A DNA stretch of 64,000 bases, taken from Octopus sinensis. Lineage: Eukaryota. The notes under the pieces were generated by a model. That model ran no database searches. It was given only the letters and a program-made list of their open reading frames with translations, and was not told where the DNA came from. Positions 12,045 to 24,568 of this stretch are shown here, piece after piece. A program made the translations under genes and the position numbers. Every line of letters begins with the position of its first letter. Position 1 is the first letter of the stretch. The stretch lies in contig NC_042999.1 in NCBI RefSeq assembly GCF_006345805.1, positions 159,030,001 through 159,094,000 of the forward strand, written 5' to 3'.

Positions 12045-13478
12045 AAATTTTGGCACAGGGCCAGCATGTTCGGGAGAGAGGGTAGGTCGATTACTTCAAT
12101 CCTAGTGCTCAAAAGGATGCAAAAATGATAAAAAACAAATCGACCTCGGCGGAATTTTAACTCAGAAGGTAAAAACGGATAAAATGCCGCTAAACATCTT
12201 GCCCCGATGCATTTAATGATTATTGAAGCTCACCGCTTTCTTCAGTAACCAGCAAATTCTTTTCTACTCTAGGTACAAGGCCAGAAATTTTGTAGGAAGG
12301 GGCCAGTCGATTAGATCGACCCCAGTACGTAACTGGGTACAAAGTCGACCTCGGCGGAATTTCAGTAACCTACATATTGAGATGCGAATAGTTCTATGCA
12401 CCTCCATGCAAATTTATTTAGCGAAACAAAATTTACATCCCAAGAAAGAAAACCAGCGAAAATAATCTTTTCTACTCTAGACACAAGGCTCGAAATTATC
12501 GGGGAGAGGCCCAACGATTAGATCGACCGCAATATACAACTTGCAATTTATTGACCCCGAAAGGATGAAAAGCAAAGACGACCTCGGTGGAATTTGAACT
12601 CAGAAGGTAAAAACGGACGAAATACTGTTAAGCATTTCACCCGGCGTGTCAACGGTTCTGCCAGCTCGCCACCTTAAACCTTTTCTATTCTAGTCACAAG
12701 GCCCGAAATTTTGGGAGAGGGGACCAGTCAATTAGATCGACCACAGAATGCAACTGGTACTTAATTTATCGACCCCGAAAGGATAAAAGGTGAAGTCGAC
12801 CTCGGCGGAATTTGACCTCAGAACGTAAAGGTAGGCGATATACCGCCAAGCATAACGTTTCTTATTTATTTATTGCCCACAAGGGGCTAAACATAGAGGG
12901 GACAAACAAGGAGAGACAAAGGGATTAAGTCGATTACATCGACTCCAGTGCGTAGCTGGTACTTAATTTATCGATACTTAAAGGATGAAAGGCTAAGTCG
13001 ACCGCGGCGGAATTTGAATTAAGAACGTAGCAGCAGACGAAATACCGCTAAGCATTTCGCCCGGAGTGTTAACGTTTCTGCCGGCTCGCCGCCTTAAGCC
13101 GCGAAAATGTTTTAGGTAAAGTGGGCAGGGAGAAGCATGATTATTTCTACTCTAGGCACAAGGCCTTGAACATTTTAAGGGAAAGGGGGCTAGGCGATTA
13201 CATCGACGCCAGTGCGTAACTGGTACCTTGTTTATCGACCCCGAAAGGATGAAAGGCAAAGTCGACATCAGCGGAAGAGAGGACAAACAAGGATAGACAA
13301 ACGGATTAAATCGATTATATCGACCTCAGTGCCTAACTGGTACTTATTTAATCGACCTCGAAAGGATGAAAGGCAAAGTCGACCTCGGCGCAATTTGAAC
13401 TCAGAACGTAGCGGCAGACGAAATACCGCTAAGCATTTCGCCCGGCGTGCTATCGTTTCTACCAGCTCACCGCCTTAA
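12045..13478 (-). mobile_element. Head-to-tail cluster of at least 6 group B SINE copies
   Basis: Repeated aaaggatgaaaggcaaagtcgacctcggcggaatttgaactcagaacgta blocks with two alternative tails. Confidence 0.9.
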
Positions 13479-14059
13479 ACCGTAAAAATAATGTTTTAGT
13501 AAAGTGGGCAATGAGAAGCATGATACTCATATAAATATGTTTCCAAAAAGCATTCGTAAATAACAATACTCTATTAATAAGATATTAGGCTGTGAGTTTC
13601 CCAAAGGTGTAACTATATTCAAATGGCTTCAGCTGCAAAAGGAAACTTCAATAGGTTGGTTTACTATACTGTATTATATTTTATAAAATTATGGTTCTTC
13701 ATTTAGGAACAAGGCTAGTAATTTTGAGTGTTGTAGTTAGTCGACAACATCGACTTGGTGATACTTTATTTTATTGAAACTGAAAGGATGAAAGGCAAAG
13801 ATAACCTCTGTGGGATTTCAACTCAGAATATAAAATGTTGGAACGTATACAGCAGGCCATTTTTCCGACGCTCTAAAGATATTCCAGGCATATAAATACA
13901 AAATGGTCTACTACTAAAGTTAGACTAATTAAATTATATTGCTAATACTCTTGTATATTTTTGCATCCTTATTACAAAATACGCTGTTTCTTTCTTTTCT
14001 TTTGGTTTTCAATATTTTCTAAGCTGTTTCCGCTGAAAGAGATGCAATTATATCGAATT

Positions 14060-14372
14060 ATCACCATGATCACCGTGACCGACCAGGCTATCAGACGTTG
14101 CTACACATCGCTGGTCACAATGCGCTTCGCATTGTTTTAGCCTCCAAATGACGCCACCCCGCTGGCTAAGCGAGCAGGCCAACAGAAGAAAGAGTGAGAG
14201 AAAGTTGTGGCGAAAGAGTACAGCAGGGACCGCCACCATTCCCTGCCGGAGCCTCGTGGAGCTTTTAGGTGTTTTCGCTCAATAAACACACACAACGCCC
14301 GGTTTAGGAATCGAAACCGCGAACCTCCGACCGCGAGTCCGCTGCCCTAACCACTGGGCCATTGCGCCTCCA
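14060..14372 (-). mobile_element. Group A SINE, tail type 2
   Basis: Reverse-complement match to 7492-7780. Confidence 0.88.
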
Positions 14373-14656
14373 CATATCGAATTATAAGCTTTCTTAATTT
14401 TTCCTGAAAATGCCGATAGTATGTGATTGCTTATCAGAGTGTTATCCAGCGTAGTTGTCATATATGCGCTGTACTTTACGTTGAAAACTTTGTTTCTGAT
14501 ATAAGCGAAGAATCGATTAGCAAATATTCTGAGACACACACACACATGCACAGACACACAGACACACACACAGACACACACACACACAGACACACACACA
14601 CATGTATATATATATATATATATATATTCTGATAAGTAAATATTTTTGAAATATAC

Positions 14657-14695
<39 letters not shown>

Positions 14696-15116
14696 CCGGA
14701 GTAAACACATGAATGTGAAACAAGGTGGAAAATAGAGTACTCAAATACCAGGGGTAGAGTAATATGCTTTTAAATAAAGTATATATATATATATATATAT
14801 ATAACAGTACTGGGAGAATAAGAAACGGAACGAAGCGAACGAATCATGCATATATTTTATTTATTACACTATATATATATATATATACGACGGACTCTCA
14901 CGTCGAAGACGACATATGAGCGTTTATTTATTTAGCTAACACAATTTGATCCGATTTGATCCGTTCCAGTTCAACTTGATGCTTCTTAGGCTTTTTACAG
15001 AAACAGAGCTCGTGTGCCTCACGTAGTCTAATGGAGAGGCGTAGGAGGTTCAAGTTGTCTACCGGAAACTGGCTACAATTGGTCAAGTGCCTTCGCATGT
15101 TGTTATTAGAAATGAG

Positions 15117-15569
15117 GGATATTTTCGGTTTGAACGGCAGTTTTGAACATAATTTCTAGGTAACTAAAAAATTTTAAACTTCGTATACTGGTAGAATGTG
15201 TTTATAAAACATCTTTTTCTCTTGGCTTTATTGAGAAAATTCTATAGTTTGTAAGATATTTGTTGTTTTTTTCTTCCTTTTCTGCAATTTGAACCAATCA
15301 ATGACCGTCTATTGAGGTGAAAACATTCTGTGCCGTATGAAAATGTCTCTCATTTAAGAAACAGATTGGGTTTATTTACATTTCTGAAGAAAAAAAGATA
15401 CCCTTCCTGCACCCTTAACCCTAACCCTAACCCTAACTAACCCTACCTCTAACCCTAACCCTAACCCTAAAATAGATTGAAATGCAATATATCGATACTA
15501 GGGTCATAATTATGGGTGACAATTTCATGACACCGCTAGAAAAAACTGCCGTTCAAACCGAAAAGATCC
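15117..15569. mobile_element. hAT-like MITE (453 bp) containing (TAACCC)n
   Basis: ~28-bp TIRs ggatattttcggtttgaacggcagtttt / aaaactgccgttcaaaccgaaaagatcc. The 8-bp TSD is gaaatgag/aaaatgag (7/8). Telomere-like repeat at 15412-15470. Confidence 0.8.
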
Positions 15570-15730
15570 AAAATGAGATTGCAATTCCAGCGACTCCAAT
15601 TGCATTAAAAAGAATTTTTGGAACCACATGGCTGTGTAGGAATTTGATGCCACATTCTGCTTGGTTTGTGGGATGTATAAAAGTTATATGCATGCACAGA
15701 TGTGGGTATCTGACTAGGTATTTGATACAT

Positions 15731-15796
<66 letters not shown>

Positions 15797-15857
15797 ACAA
15801 TTTAACAAATAAAGCATATGCATACATACATATATGTACACCAATACACACACACAC

Positions 15858-15912
<55 letters not shown>

Positions 15913-16613
15913 CAGCTGTGTGTGCATCATTTGCTTTTATGTGTGTCTGTTTGTACGTACCTGTGTCTGCGAATACGTGTGCATTAATGTCTAATGTGTA
16001 CGCGTGTGTGCAGGTGTTTGTGCGTACGTGTTCAATATGGGGTCGAATAATACCTACATACATACTCACTTGTATTTGGGTGTTCAAACGTTACATTTTT
16101 GGCCGAATGCGTAAAAGAATATTTAGTATGTGATATAGAATAATATAATATGTAATGTAATATGCAATCTTAGGTCATAGCAAGTAGTACTATTCCTTAG
16201 TGTATTTTTTTTCTAATGTTATCGACGAGGGCGACTTCGTTTGTGTATGGTTCTTAATAATATTGATTAGTTTCAGTTATTCGTTTTGTTAAGTTCTTTT
16301 CATGCGGACAATGCCTATGTCTGTATATTTCATTGGTGACTTCTTAATTTCGTTTTGTTGTGACCTTTTTGTTATGTTGAGTTAGTTGTGTATTTTTTTT
16401 TTTTGCACAGTCTTTCAAAACAGTATTGATTGCTCGTGATATGCTTCATATTTTTTTCAGTTTTGTTTTATATTAACTTATTTGCCAAAACAGTCATACA
16501 TCCTGCTTTATTATTTATCGTCTAACGATTGTCGTGACGAGATATTACATCTCTTTCGACTGGTGTTTATCGTCGTGTGGATTTGGTAAGTATCAATAGT
16601 ATACAGATATATG

Positions 16614-16647
<34 letters not shown>

Positions 16648-17197
16648 ATATATAATAGTTTTATGACTATACCACTATTTCTGTCGACTCCCTCAGCCCC
16701 TTTCCTAACAGACACTGCTCCTTGATCCTTGGCCATAGATTTTGATATACAAAGATTTGATAAACTAGTCTATAAATTAAAACTGACCCCATAAAACAGT
16801 GACAAGCAAAATCTGTAACAAGTCTTTCTTCCTGATACCTTAGTAGTTTCTAAGCTGAAGCGAATACAGCATGTTCTTTGTCTATCTCCTTCCCTTCTTG
16901 GATACTAATGTCTCCATCTGTTCTAATTTAATTAAATTCTATGTCTTTATGCAGCTGATTAAATTTTATGTCTTTATGCTCTGCATTTAAATTGATGTAA
17001 TGAATGCATTGTTCAATTAAATGGAGTTGCTTGAGATGATTGCACTGCATTACCTCTGGATATTCTTGTTACTTATTTTGATTTTAATTACTTCATTTTG
17101 AAATTGTAAGGATTATACCGTACTAAATTCTGGTTCCACATCTGAATCTAAATTTTTGCTTTGTATATATACATATATACATACTTACAACTATCCG

Positions 17198-17249
<52 letters not shown>

Positions 17250-17258
<9 letters not shown>

Positions 17259-17480
17259 ACATATATAACGGGAAGCTTTACGAAAATAAACAAAAGACGA
17301 AGGCAGGTGGAGTACAAACAAACAAATGTATTAGTATAGCGCTCAGGAATAGAAATAGAACAAGTCTTTTACGTTTCGAGCCTACGCTCTTCGACAGAAA
17401 GATACACAGAAAAAAACAAGGAGAGAAACAAGGAGAGAAAAAAAGGAGAGAAAAAATGCGTGTAGGAGCTAACGATCTAT
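17250..17480 (-). mobile_element. Short (TA)n-embedded element with variant hammerhead motif (17365-17402); sister copy at ~27800-27925 (+)
   Basis: Minus strand reads TCTTT-CTGTCGA-A-GAGC gtag GCTC-GAAA-CG-TA-AAAGA. Confidence 0.6.
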
Positions 17481-18286
17481 CTATATATTTATTATATATA
17501 TATATATATATATGCATATATGGGCACTGGACGTCATGAAACGAGTACAAAAAAAATGTACGAAGCGCGAGTACATGGAACATACACACATATGTGTGTG
17601 TGTGTGCGTGTATACGGTTTTGTCAGTGGACACATGTCAACATGAAAAGAATAGTAGAAGCATCAGCAACATTCAACTAAAAATAAAAACGTGCATACGT
17701 AAAACATTAAGTTGATTTGCGCCCAAAAGAATTAATTCCATTCAGTGACACACTGCTGTGCACAATTATATTTAAAATGTTTTATATGTACGCAGATAAA
17801 ATTACAATTTTTAACCGGCAAATCTTGTAAAACATAACCCATAAACATGACGGATAATCAGCGAAAAATCAAGCGAATCTTTACAGAAAAATCCATAAAT
17901 ATGTGGGATATCTTACTGAAGAACTAAGCTCTGAAATGATTAAACGATATATAAAAAACACATTGGATGTACGCCTATTAACAGAAACAAGTTAATAGAA
18001 ATGAAAACAAAAATGAAATATGTTCAAGTATCAAATGAACGCAGGAAAGACGAAAAATGTTAACTAGCCAAAAGTAAAATAGCAAAATAAGGAACCAATC
18101 ACTGTATTAAGCGACCACAACAGCGATGTATTCAAAATAAAACATAGCTAACGGAACATTACAGACCAACTGATATAAGTATTGATACACCGAGTAATAT
18201 TAACCTTTGCCCGGTTGGAGTTGCGTCGTGTATTCATTCCTCTCGAGTTGAAAAAAATAAATTCAATACCAGTAAACTATATAATA

Positions 18287-18319
<33 letters not shown>

Positions 18320-18484
18320 CTATGTTTTTTGCGTGCATGTGTGTATGTGTGTGCATGCGTGCGTGCGTGTGCTTCGATATTCTAGTTCAGGAAGTAGGGA
18401 CAATTGTCAGGAAAGGTTTCGACCTAATCTAGTACTCAGGAAATAAATTCACTGCAATCGCTATGCTGCAGTTTGTAGGGGATT

Positions 18485-18533
<49 letters not shown>

Positions 18534-18544
18534 TCTTTTATATT

Positions 18545-18982
18545 TTATTTGTTTTACTCATTAGATTGCAGCCATGCTGGGGCAAATACACTGGAGTGTT
18601 TTAATATAATGAATTAACCCTACTACTTATTTTAAAGCCTGGTATTTATTCTATCACTTTCTTAAATCGAACTGCAAATTTCCTGGAACGTAAACAAACC
18701 AACACCGGTTATCAAGCGATGAGGGAGACCAACACAAATACAGACATCACACACATACACACACACTCATTCACACACACACACACATATATATATATGT
18801 ATACATACCGAATGTATGTACACACGACTTCTTTCAGTTTCCGTGTATCAAATCCACTCACTAGTTTTTGGTAGGCTTGGGACCATAGTAGAAGGTACTT
18901 GTTCAAAGTGCCACACGGTCGGACTGAACTATTAACTGTGAGGCCGGGAAGCAAGATTCTTACACTGCCATGGCTGCGCCTA
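18545..18982 (-). mobile_element. Older group C SINE
   Basis: Diverged match to the 59212-59686 layout (head, CORE-like block, microsatellite, 3' domain). Confidence 0.75.
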
Positions 18983-19002
18983 CTCAGGCACGTAAAGAAT
19001 TA

Positions 19003-20083
19003 TTGGGTTGTCCGGAAAGTTCGTGCCGATTTTTAAAGGAAAGAAAAAAGGTCGATAAATACTTGCCATTACATTTTTAATCAACCAAATATGAACCACT
19101 TTGTTGTACAATGCGTCTCCATTTTTCCTTTAACTTGAGAATATCCTCTTTCCAGAATTGAGGTGGTTTCATGGCAAAGAATTCATCAAGGTATCTTTTT
19201 ACGTCATCCAAGGAATTGAAATTTTTACCATTAAGACTATTCTGCAGAGACCTGAATAAGTAGAAATCCAAAGGAGCAATATCTGGTGAATATAGAGGGT
19301 AGGGTAACACATCTCAGCCGAGCTGCAGCAATTTGTGTCTGGTTCCCAAAGAAACGTGCGGTCTTGCATTATCATATTGGAAAACAACAGCCTTCCCGTT
19401 GGCCAATTCTGGACGTTTCTCTTGAATTGCTGCTTTTAACTCGTCCAGTTGTGTGCAGTATTTCTCAGAATTAATTGTCTGGTTACTTGGGAGGAGCTCA
19501 TAGTACAGAATTCCTTTCCAATCCCATCAGACACAAAGCAAGACTTTTTGAGGGCGAAGACCCGCTTTTGGGATGGCTGAGTGTGGCTCATGTCGCTTAC
19601 TGCATGAACGACGGATTTTGATAGGTTGAGGCTTTCTGCCAATTCTCGGGTTGTGCAATGTGGGTTATTCTCAATTAATGACTTGATTTGGTCATCATCT
19701 GTAAGGGATGGTCTGCCTGATCGCTCTTTATCAATAAGGCTACAATCTCCAGCTTGGAACCTTGCGAACCACTTCCGTACAGTTCTTTCGGATTAAGAAA
19801 CATCACTGTAAACTGCGTATATTTTTTGGTTCCTTGTGAGGCATTTTTCCCTTTGCAGAAAAAGAAAAGTATCAAGTGCCGAAAATGAACTTTCTTATCT
19901 TAGGGTTGCAGAATTAACACAGGTTATAAGAACATAAACCTTCCTTCCACGAAAAGATAGCTTAAACTGTGCTCGAATTGAGGTGTAGTTAAATCCTACT
20001 TTATGGACTCAACCATGTTCTAAAATAAGTCCATGTTCTAAATAAGCTACTATAAATCGGCACGAACTTTCCGGAAAACCCAA
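19003..20083 (-). mobile_element. Mariner (Tc1/mariner) transposon, defective, 1081 bp
   Basis: 30-bp TIRs ttgggttgtccggaaagttcgtgccgattt, TA TSDs at 19001-2 and 20084-5. Transposase pieces include HDNA and YSPDIAPLDFYLFRSLQN; frameshifted and internally deleted. Confidence 0.95.
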
Positions 20084-20671
20084 TAGTTTACTGATAGATG
20101 CCCTTTCGTATTATATTGTATCAGTTATTTCATGCTTGAATTTGCTTATAAGTTGTTTACGTGGGTTTTTTTTTTCTAAGTATAACTGATAAATCTAGTG
20201 AAGACATAGGAACAGTGTTGTTTACAAATTTTACCGCTAAATAAGACAGTGAGAAAAGATATAGAAAATTGCAATGTCTAGTGTAAGATTTTTAGACAGG
20301 CAGAACATGAATTATAAAAATTAACAATGATGTAAAAAGACGGAAAATAATTTGTATGAAACATCAAAATAATAAAAAGATACACAGTTACAATTCTCTA
20401 CAATATGTGTATAGTGGGATTTAATTATACATGTAAAAGTTTGGCAATTCAAAGTAAATCTTTGTTGAATAATGTAAACTACATTGTCTTCATCAACTCT
20501 CACTAAAAGAAGATAATCAGAAGCAATGTGCTGCATTTGAAATGTTAGATAAAACTTCGAAGAAATGTGTATGATAAGCGTTGTACTTCTAAAAGAATGT
20601 ATGCATTTTTTGAAATGCAAGAATAAAACAAATACATTCTATCTTATGTAACATCTCTCTCTCCCTTTCTT

Positions 20672-20702
<31 letters not shown>

Positions 20703-20963
20703 CTTCTGGTATACGTATGAATAACAACAGTTTACAAAGGATGTGATAAACATAAGGCTCCAGTACTGGCATTATACGTATATAAACATATTCTTTCTAT
20801 GCTACTGATGTAGAGAAAAGGAGAGAGGCTGTCTCCTGGCGGATAATTTTGGGGCAGCTGACCGTTCTTCAGGGAAGAGGTACACAGCTTCCTGCTAAAA
20901 TCAATAGTACACTATAGTACAGAAAAAAATGCGCCTACATTAATATTACATACGCAATAAAAG

Positions 20964-21160
20964 CGGTGAACTGGTAGAATCCTTAGAAAACCTGGCAAAA
21001 TATTAAGCGGTATTTCCGTCGGAGTCCACTTTGCCGTTCATCCTTGTCGGTAAAATAAGTACCAGTTGAGCAATGGGATCGATGTAATAGAGCTACCGTT
21101 CTCCACGAATTTCCCAATACCTTGCCAAAATTTGAAATCAATATTACATACGCAATGAAG
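20964..21160 (+). mobile_element. Degenerate group B SINE
   Basis: gaactggtagaatc head and ttcatccttgtcggtaaaataagtaccag core. Confidence 0.65.
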
Positions 21161-21364
21161 CTTCCGAATATATAAATATTCAAATATGTAAGTGCGTGTT
21201 TGTCACTTTGGTCGTGCGTATGGGTGTCATTTTATGTGTATGTTTGTATTTAAGTTTGGTTATGACTTTGCAGATTTAGATCTATCTACCTTATCTACGA
21301 AAACCCCTATTTCTATCCATGTATGTATGTACACTCACACATATATACATATATGTATATATAT

Positions 21365-21870
21365 ATAGTCAATAATAATAAGGGTAAAATTAATTAATTA
21401 GTAATTAATAATTTTACCAAGCAGTGTTCAGTGTGTAAAGACCATTTACGGTATATTTAACATTACTTTGTATAAGTAGAGTGCAGCGAAAAAATTTACT
21501 TCACCACACACCGAACTTTTAGAAATAGCAGCCAAAGAATTTAGCTATTTCCTCTACTATAAGAAGAGTCTCCAAGACAATGTATACTCAAAAACAATTC
21601 ACGTAGGTATAGAGGGAAAAATAACAAAAGATCATTCGTACATCGATTACTTGAGAATGCCGTTTCTGGGTTAGTTGGATATAGAGATGCTAGAAATACA
21701 TACCTATATCAACATTCCTGTCATCAGCCCAAGATTTCGTTAAGTTTGAATTTGAGAGCACTGTTTTGAATTTGTTAGTACTGGCGTCGAAGGTGGTTCG
21801 TCTGGGATTACACAAATCAGAAGGGTATGTTCGATTTTTAGTTCTCTCAAATTTAAACTTAATGAAATAT
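21365..21870 (-). mobile_element. Diverged relative of the 28006-29165 pLTR-like element, with degenerate hammerhead (21650-21733)
   Basis: Shares the tcaataataataagggtaaaat terminus and accacacaccgaa...agaaatagcag. Minus strand reads cttggg-CTGATGA...GAAAcggcattc-tcaag. Confidence 0.6.
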
Positions 21871-21957
21871 ATATATATATATGTATATATATATATGTAT
21901 ATATATATGTATATATATATGTATATATGTATATATGTATATATGTATATATATATA

Positions 21958-22012
<55 letters not shown>

Positions 22013-22687
22013 GTATAATATAATATAAATCCCGTTCCGTGTGTGTGTATAAAATATAATTACGGCCGTATTTTTCAACTGATTTTCTGCAGACTGGGGA
22101 TATACATTTCTTATGTTCCAGGGATGGCTTTAGACTCTTAAAAGTTTTCACATAATGAATAACTGGGCCTCAGGGGACAGAAAACACCTGTTCCTGGAGA
22201 AGGGAAGTAACTATTTGCGAGTAACTTTCAGAAACTGATTGTGTCCCTTACATCTATTAATCATAAAAAAGAGACAGGTTTTAAAAAACCTTGTTTAGTA
22301 TGGGATCTCTTTTCTATACACATATTTACACATATTTAATCCCCACACCATTACCGAAAGCTGAACAGTTATCTCCCTTACACACAACAATAACAATAAT
22401 AACAACCAATAACCTCCCTTTATTTGTCTACTTGTGAAGTCATTCACTCGTGAATTTCATCACACACAACATGGACCAAATTTCTTCTTAAGAAAAAATA
22501 TATATTCAATTAAATTAAACATAATATCATGAATAGCGATAGCGAAACCGGTCGATATATTAAAAATTATATTAAAACCATGTAAGTGTGCGTATTTTCC
22601 TTTTTTAATTTCTCATATATATATATATACGTATATATATATATATTACATATATATATATATATATATACATATATACATATATAC

Positions 22688-22766
<79 letters not shown>

Positions 22767-23749
22767 TGTATGTATGTATGTATGTATGTATGTATGTATT
22801 TCGATTTGAGCTATCACATTGACAAAGCACGATGCCGAAACTGAGAGACTGTATGAAGAAACAATAATATCATACTGATAAAATAGGTTTTGTTTAAAAT
22901 ATAATCGCAGTAACTTAATCGCGTAATGATAATGGCTGACTACTTTAGTATCTTAAATGCCGAAAATGGAACCATGCCGCAGTCAAATGTCATCTCGTAC
23001 ATGTAAGATATAGTAAGTATAAGTTGTGTGTTTGCATATATTTACATACATACAGAGAGAGAGCGAGAGAGAGGGGGTTGCAATTATTCAGGGGCTGCAC
23101 TATTGATCTTTACCTTTATGCTTTTTCATTGCTAGAAGAGTTGATGAGTACTTCGATATTATCAGAGTAAATGTAGCACCGTAGCATAGCTATTCTATAC
23201 GCTTGTGTGCATATAACCGTTGGCATCTAATAGTTGCTGTTCATGGTCACTTCTCTTTCCCAGTTGATCAATGTATGTATTGAATGGTCAGATGATGTCT
23301 ATTTAGTGTTATCGTTATACGGTTACAGTGTTTGCTGTAATTTGGTTGGTTGATAATTGATAGTAGACCATCTAATTACCGCAATAATTATACTTTAGTT
23401 CACACTAGTGCATAATACAGGACACAAATTAGAATATTTATGCTTTTTCAGCACAGAAATGGCATTGAAATTATATATTTTTCACTTCAATTACAGTCAA
23501 AATAATGTCTTCAACAGCTTAATTTAATTTCAGCTTCTTTGATTTACTCTGTGTTTTTATATATAAGAAATATTGGTTAATTAATGACCAACCTTCAAAA
23601 GCACAACTATACAATGTAGGTTATTCATTAATGTACTAGTCTCTTTCATAACTACTTTACCGAACAGTTACACTAAACACACACGCTCACACACACTCGA
23701 ACACGCACACATATATATACATGCATATATGTATACATACATACATACA

Positions 23750-23803
<54 letters not shown>

Positions 23804-23861
23804 AATTTATATGTATATATGCACATATATGTATATATACATAACATATATGCATATATAT

Positions 23862-23906
<45 letters not shown>

Positions 23907-23909
<3 letters not shown>

Positions 23910-24080
23910 TGTACGAGTGGCTATGTGCTAAGTAGGTTGCTTACGAACCACATGGTTCTGGGTTCAGTTGCACTGCGTGGGACCTTGTGCAACTATCTTC
24001 TACTATAAGCCTCGGGCCAACCAAAGCCTTGTGAGTGGATTTGGTACACGGAAACTGAAAGAAGCACGTCGTATATATGT

Positions 24081-24116
<36 letters not shown>

Positions 24117-24350
24117 TCATGTATGTATGTGTGTGAATATATGTTTGTGTGTTTGTGTTTGTCCCCCAACATCGCTTGACAACTGATGCTGGTGTGTTTA
24201 TGTCCCTGTAACTTAGTGGTTCGACAAAAGAGAACGATAGAATAAGTACTAGAGTTACAAAGAATAAGTCCTTGGGTCGATTTGCTCGACTAAAAGCGAT
24301 GCTCCAGCATGGCCACAGTCATATGACTGAAACAAGTAATGGAGTAAAGA
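23907..24350 (+). mobile_element. Group C SINE
   Basis: Head, internal TA/TG tract and 3' domain ending in ctgaaacaagta. Confidence 0.85.
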
Positions 24351-24352
24351 GT

Positions 24353-24411
<59 letters not shown>

Positions 24412-24449
24412 CATATATACATATATACATAATATATATATATATATAT

Positions 24450-24514
<65 letters not shown>

Positions 24515-24535
24515 TATATATTACATATATACATG

Positions 24536-24568
<33 letters not shown>

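Noticed and set aside
12045-13478. CRISPR-like repeat-spacer array
   Set aside because: The units are ~200-bp diverged SINEs in eukaryotic DNA, with no cas genes.
15412-15470. Telomeric repeat as a relic chromosome end or fusion
   Set aside because: It is short and lies inside a TIR/TSD-bounded element.
20780-20910. Exon-like GC-richer segment on minus
   Set aside because: PPGDSLSPFLYI resembles the LINE RT QGDSLSP motif, so it is a retroelement scrap.
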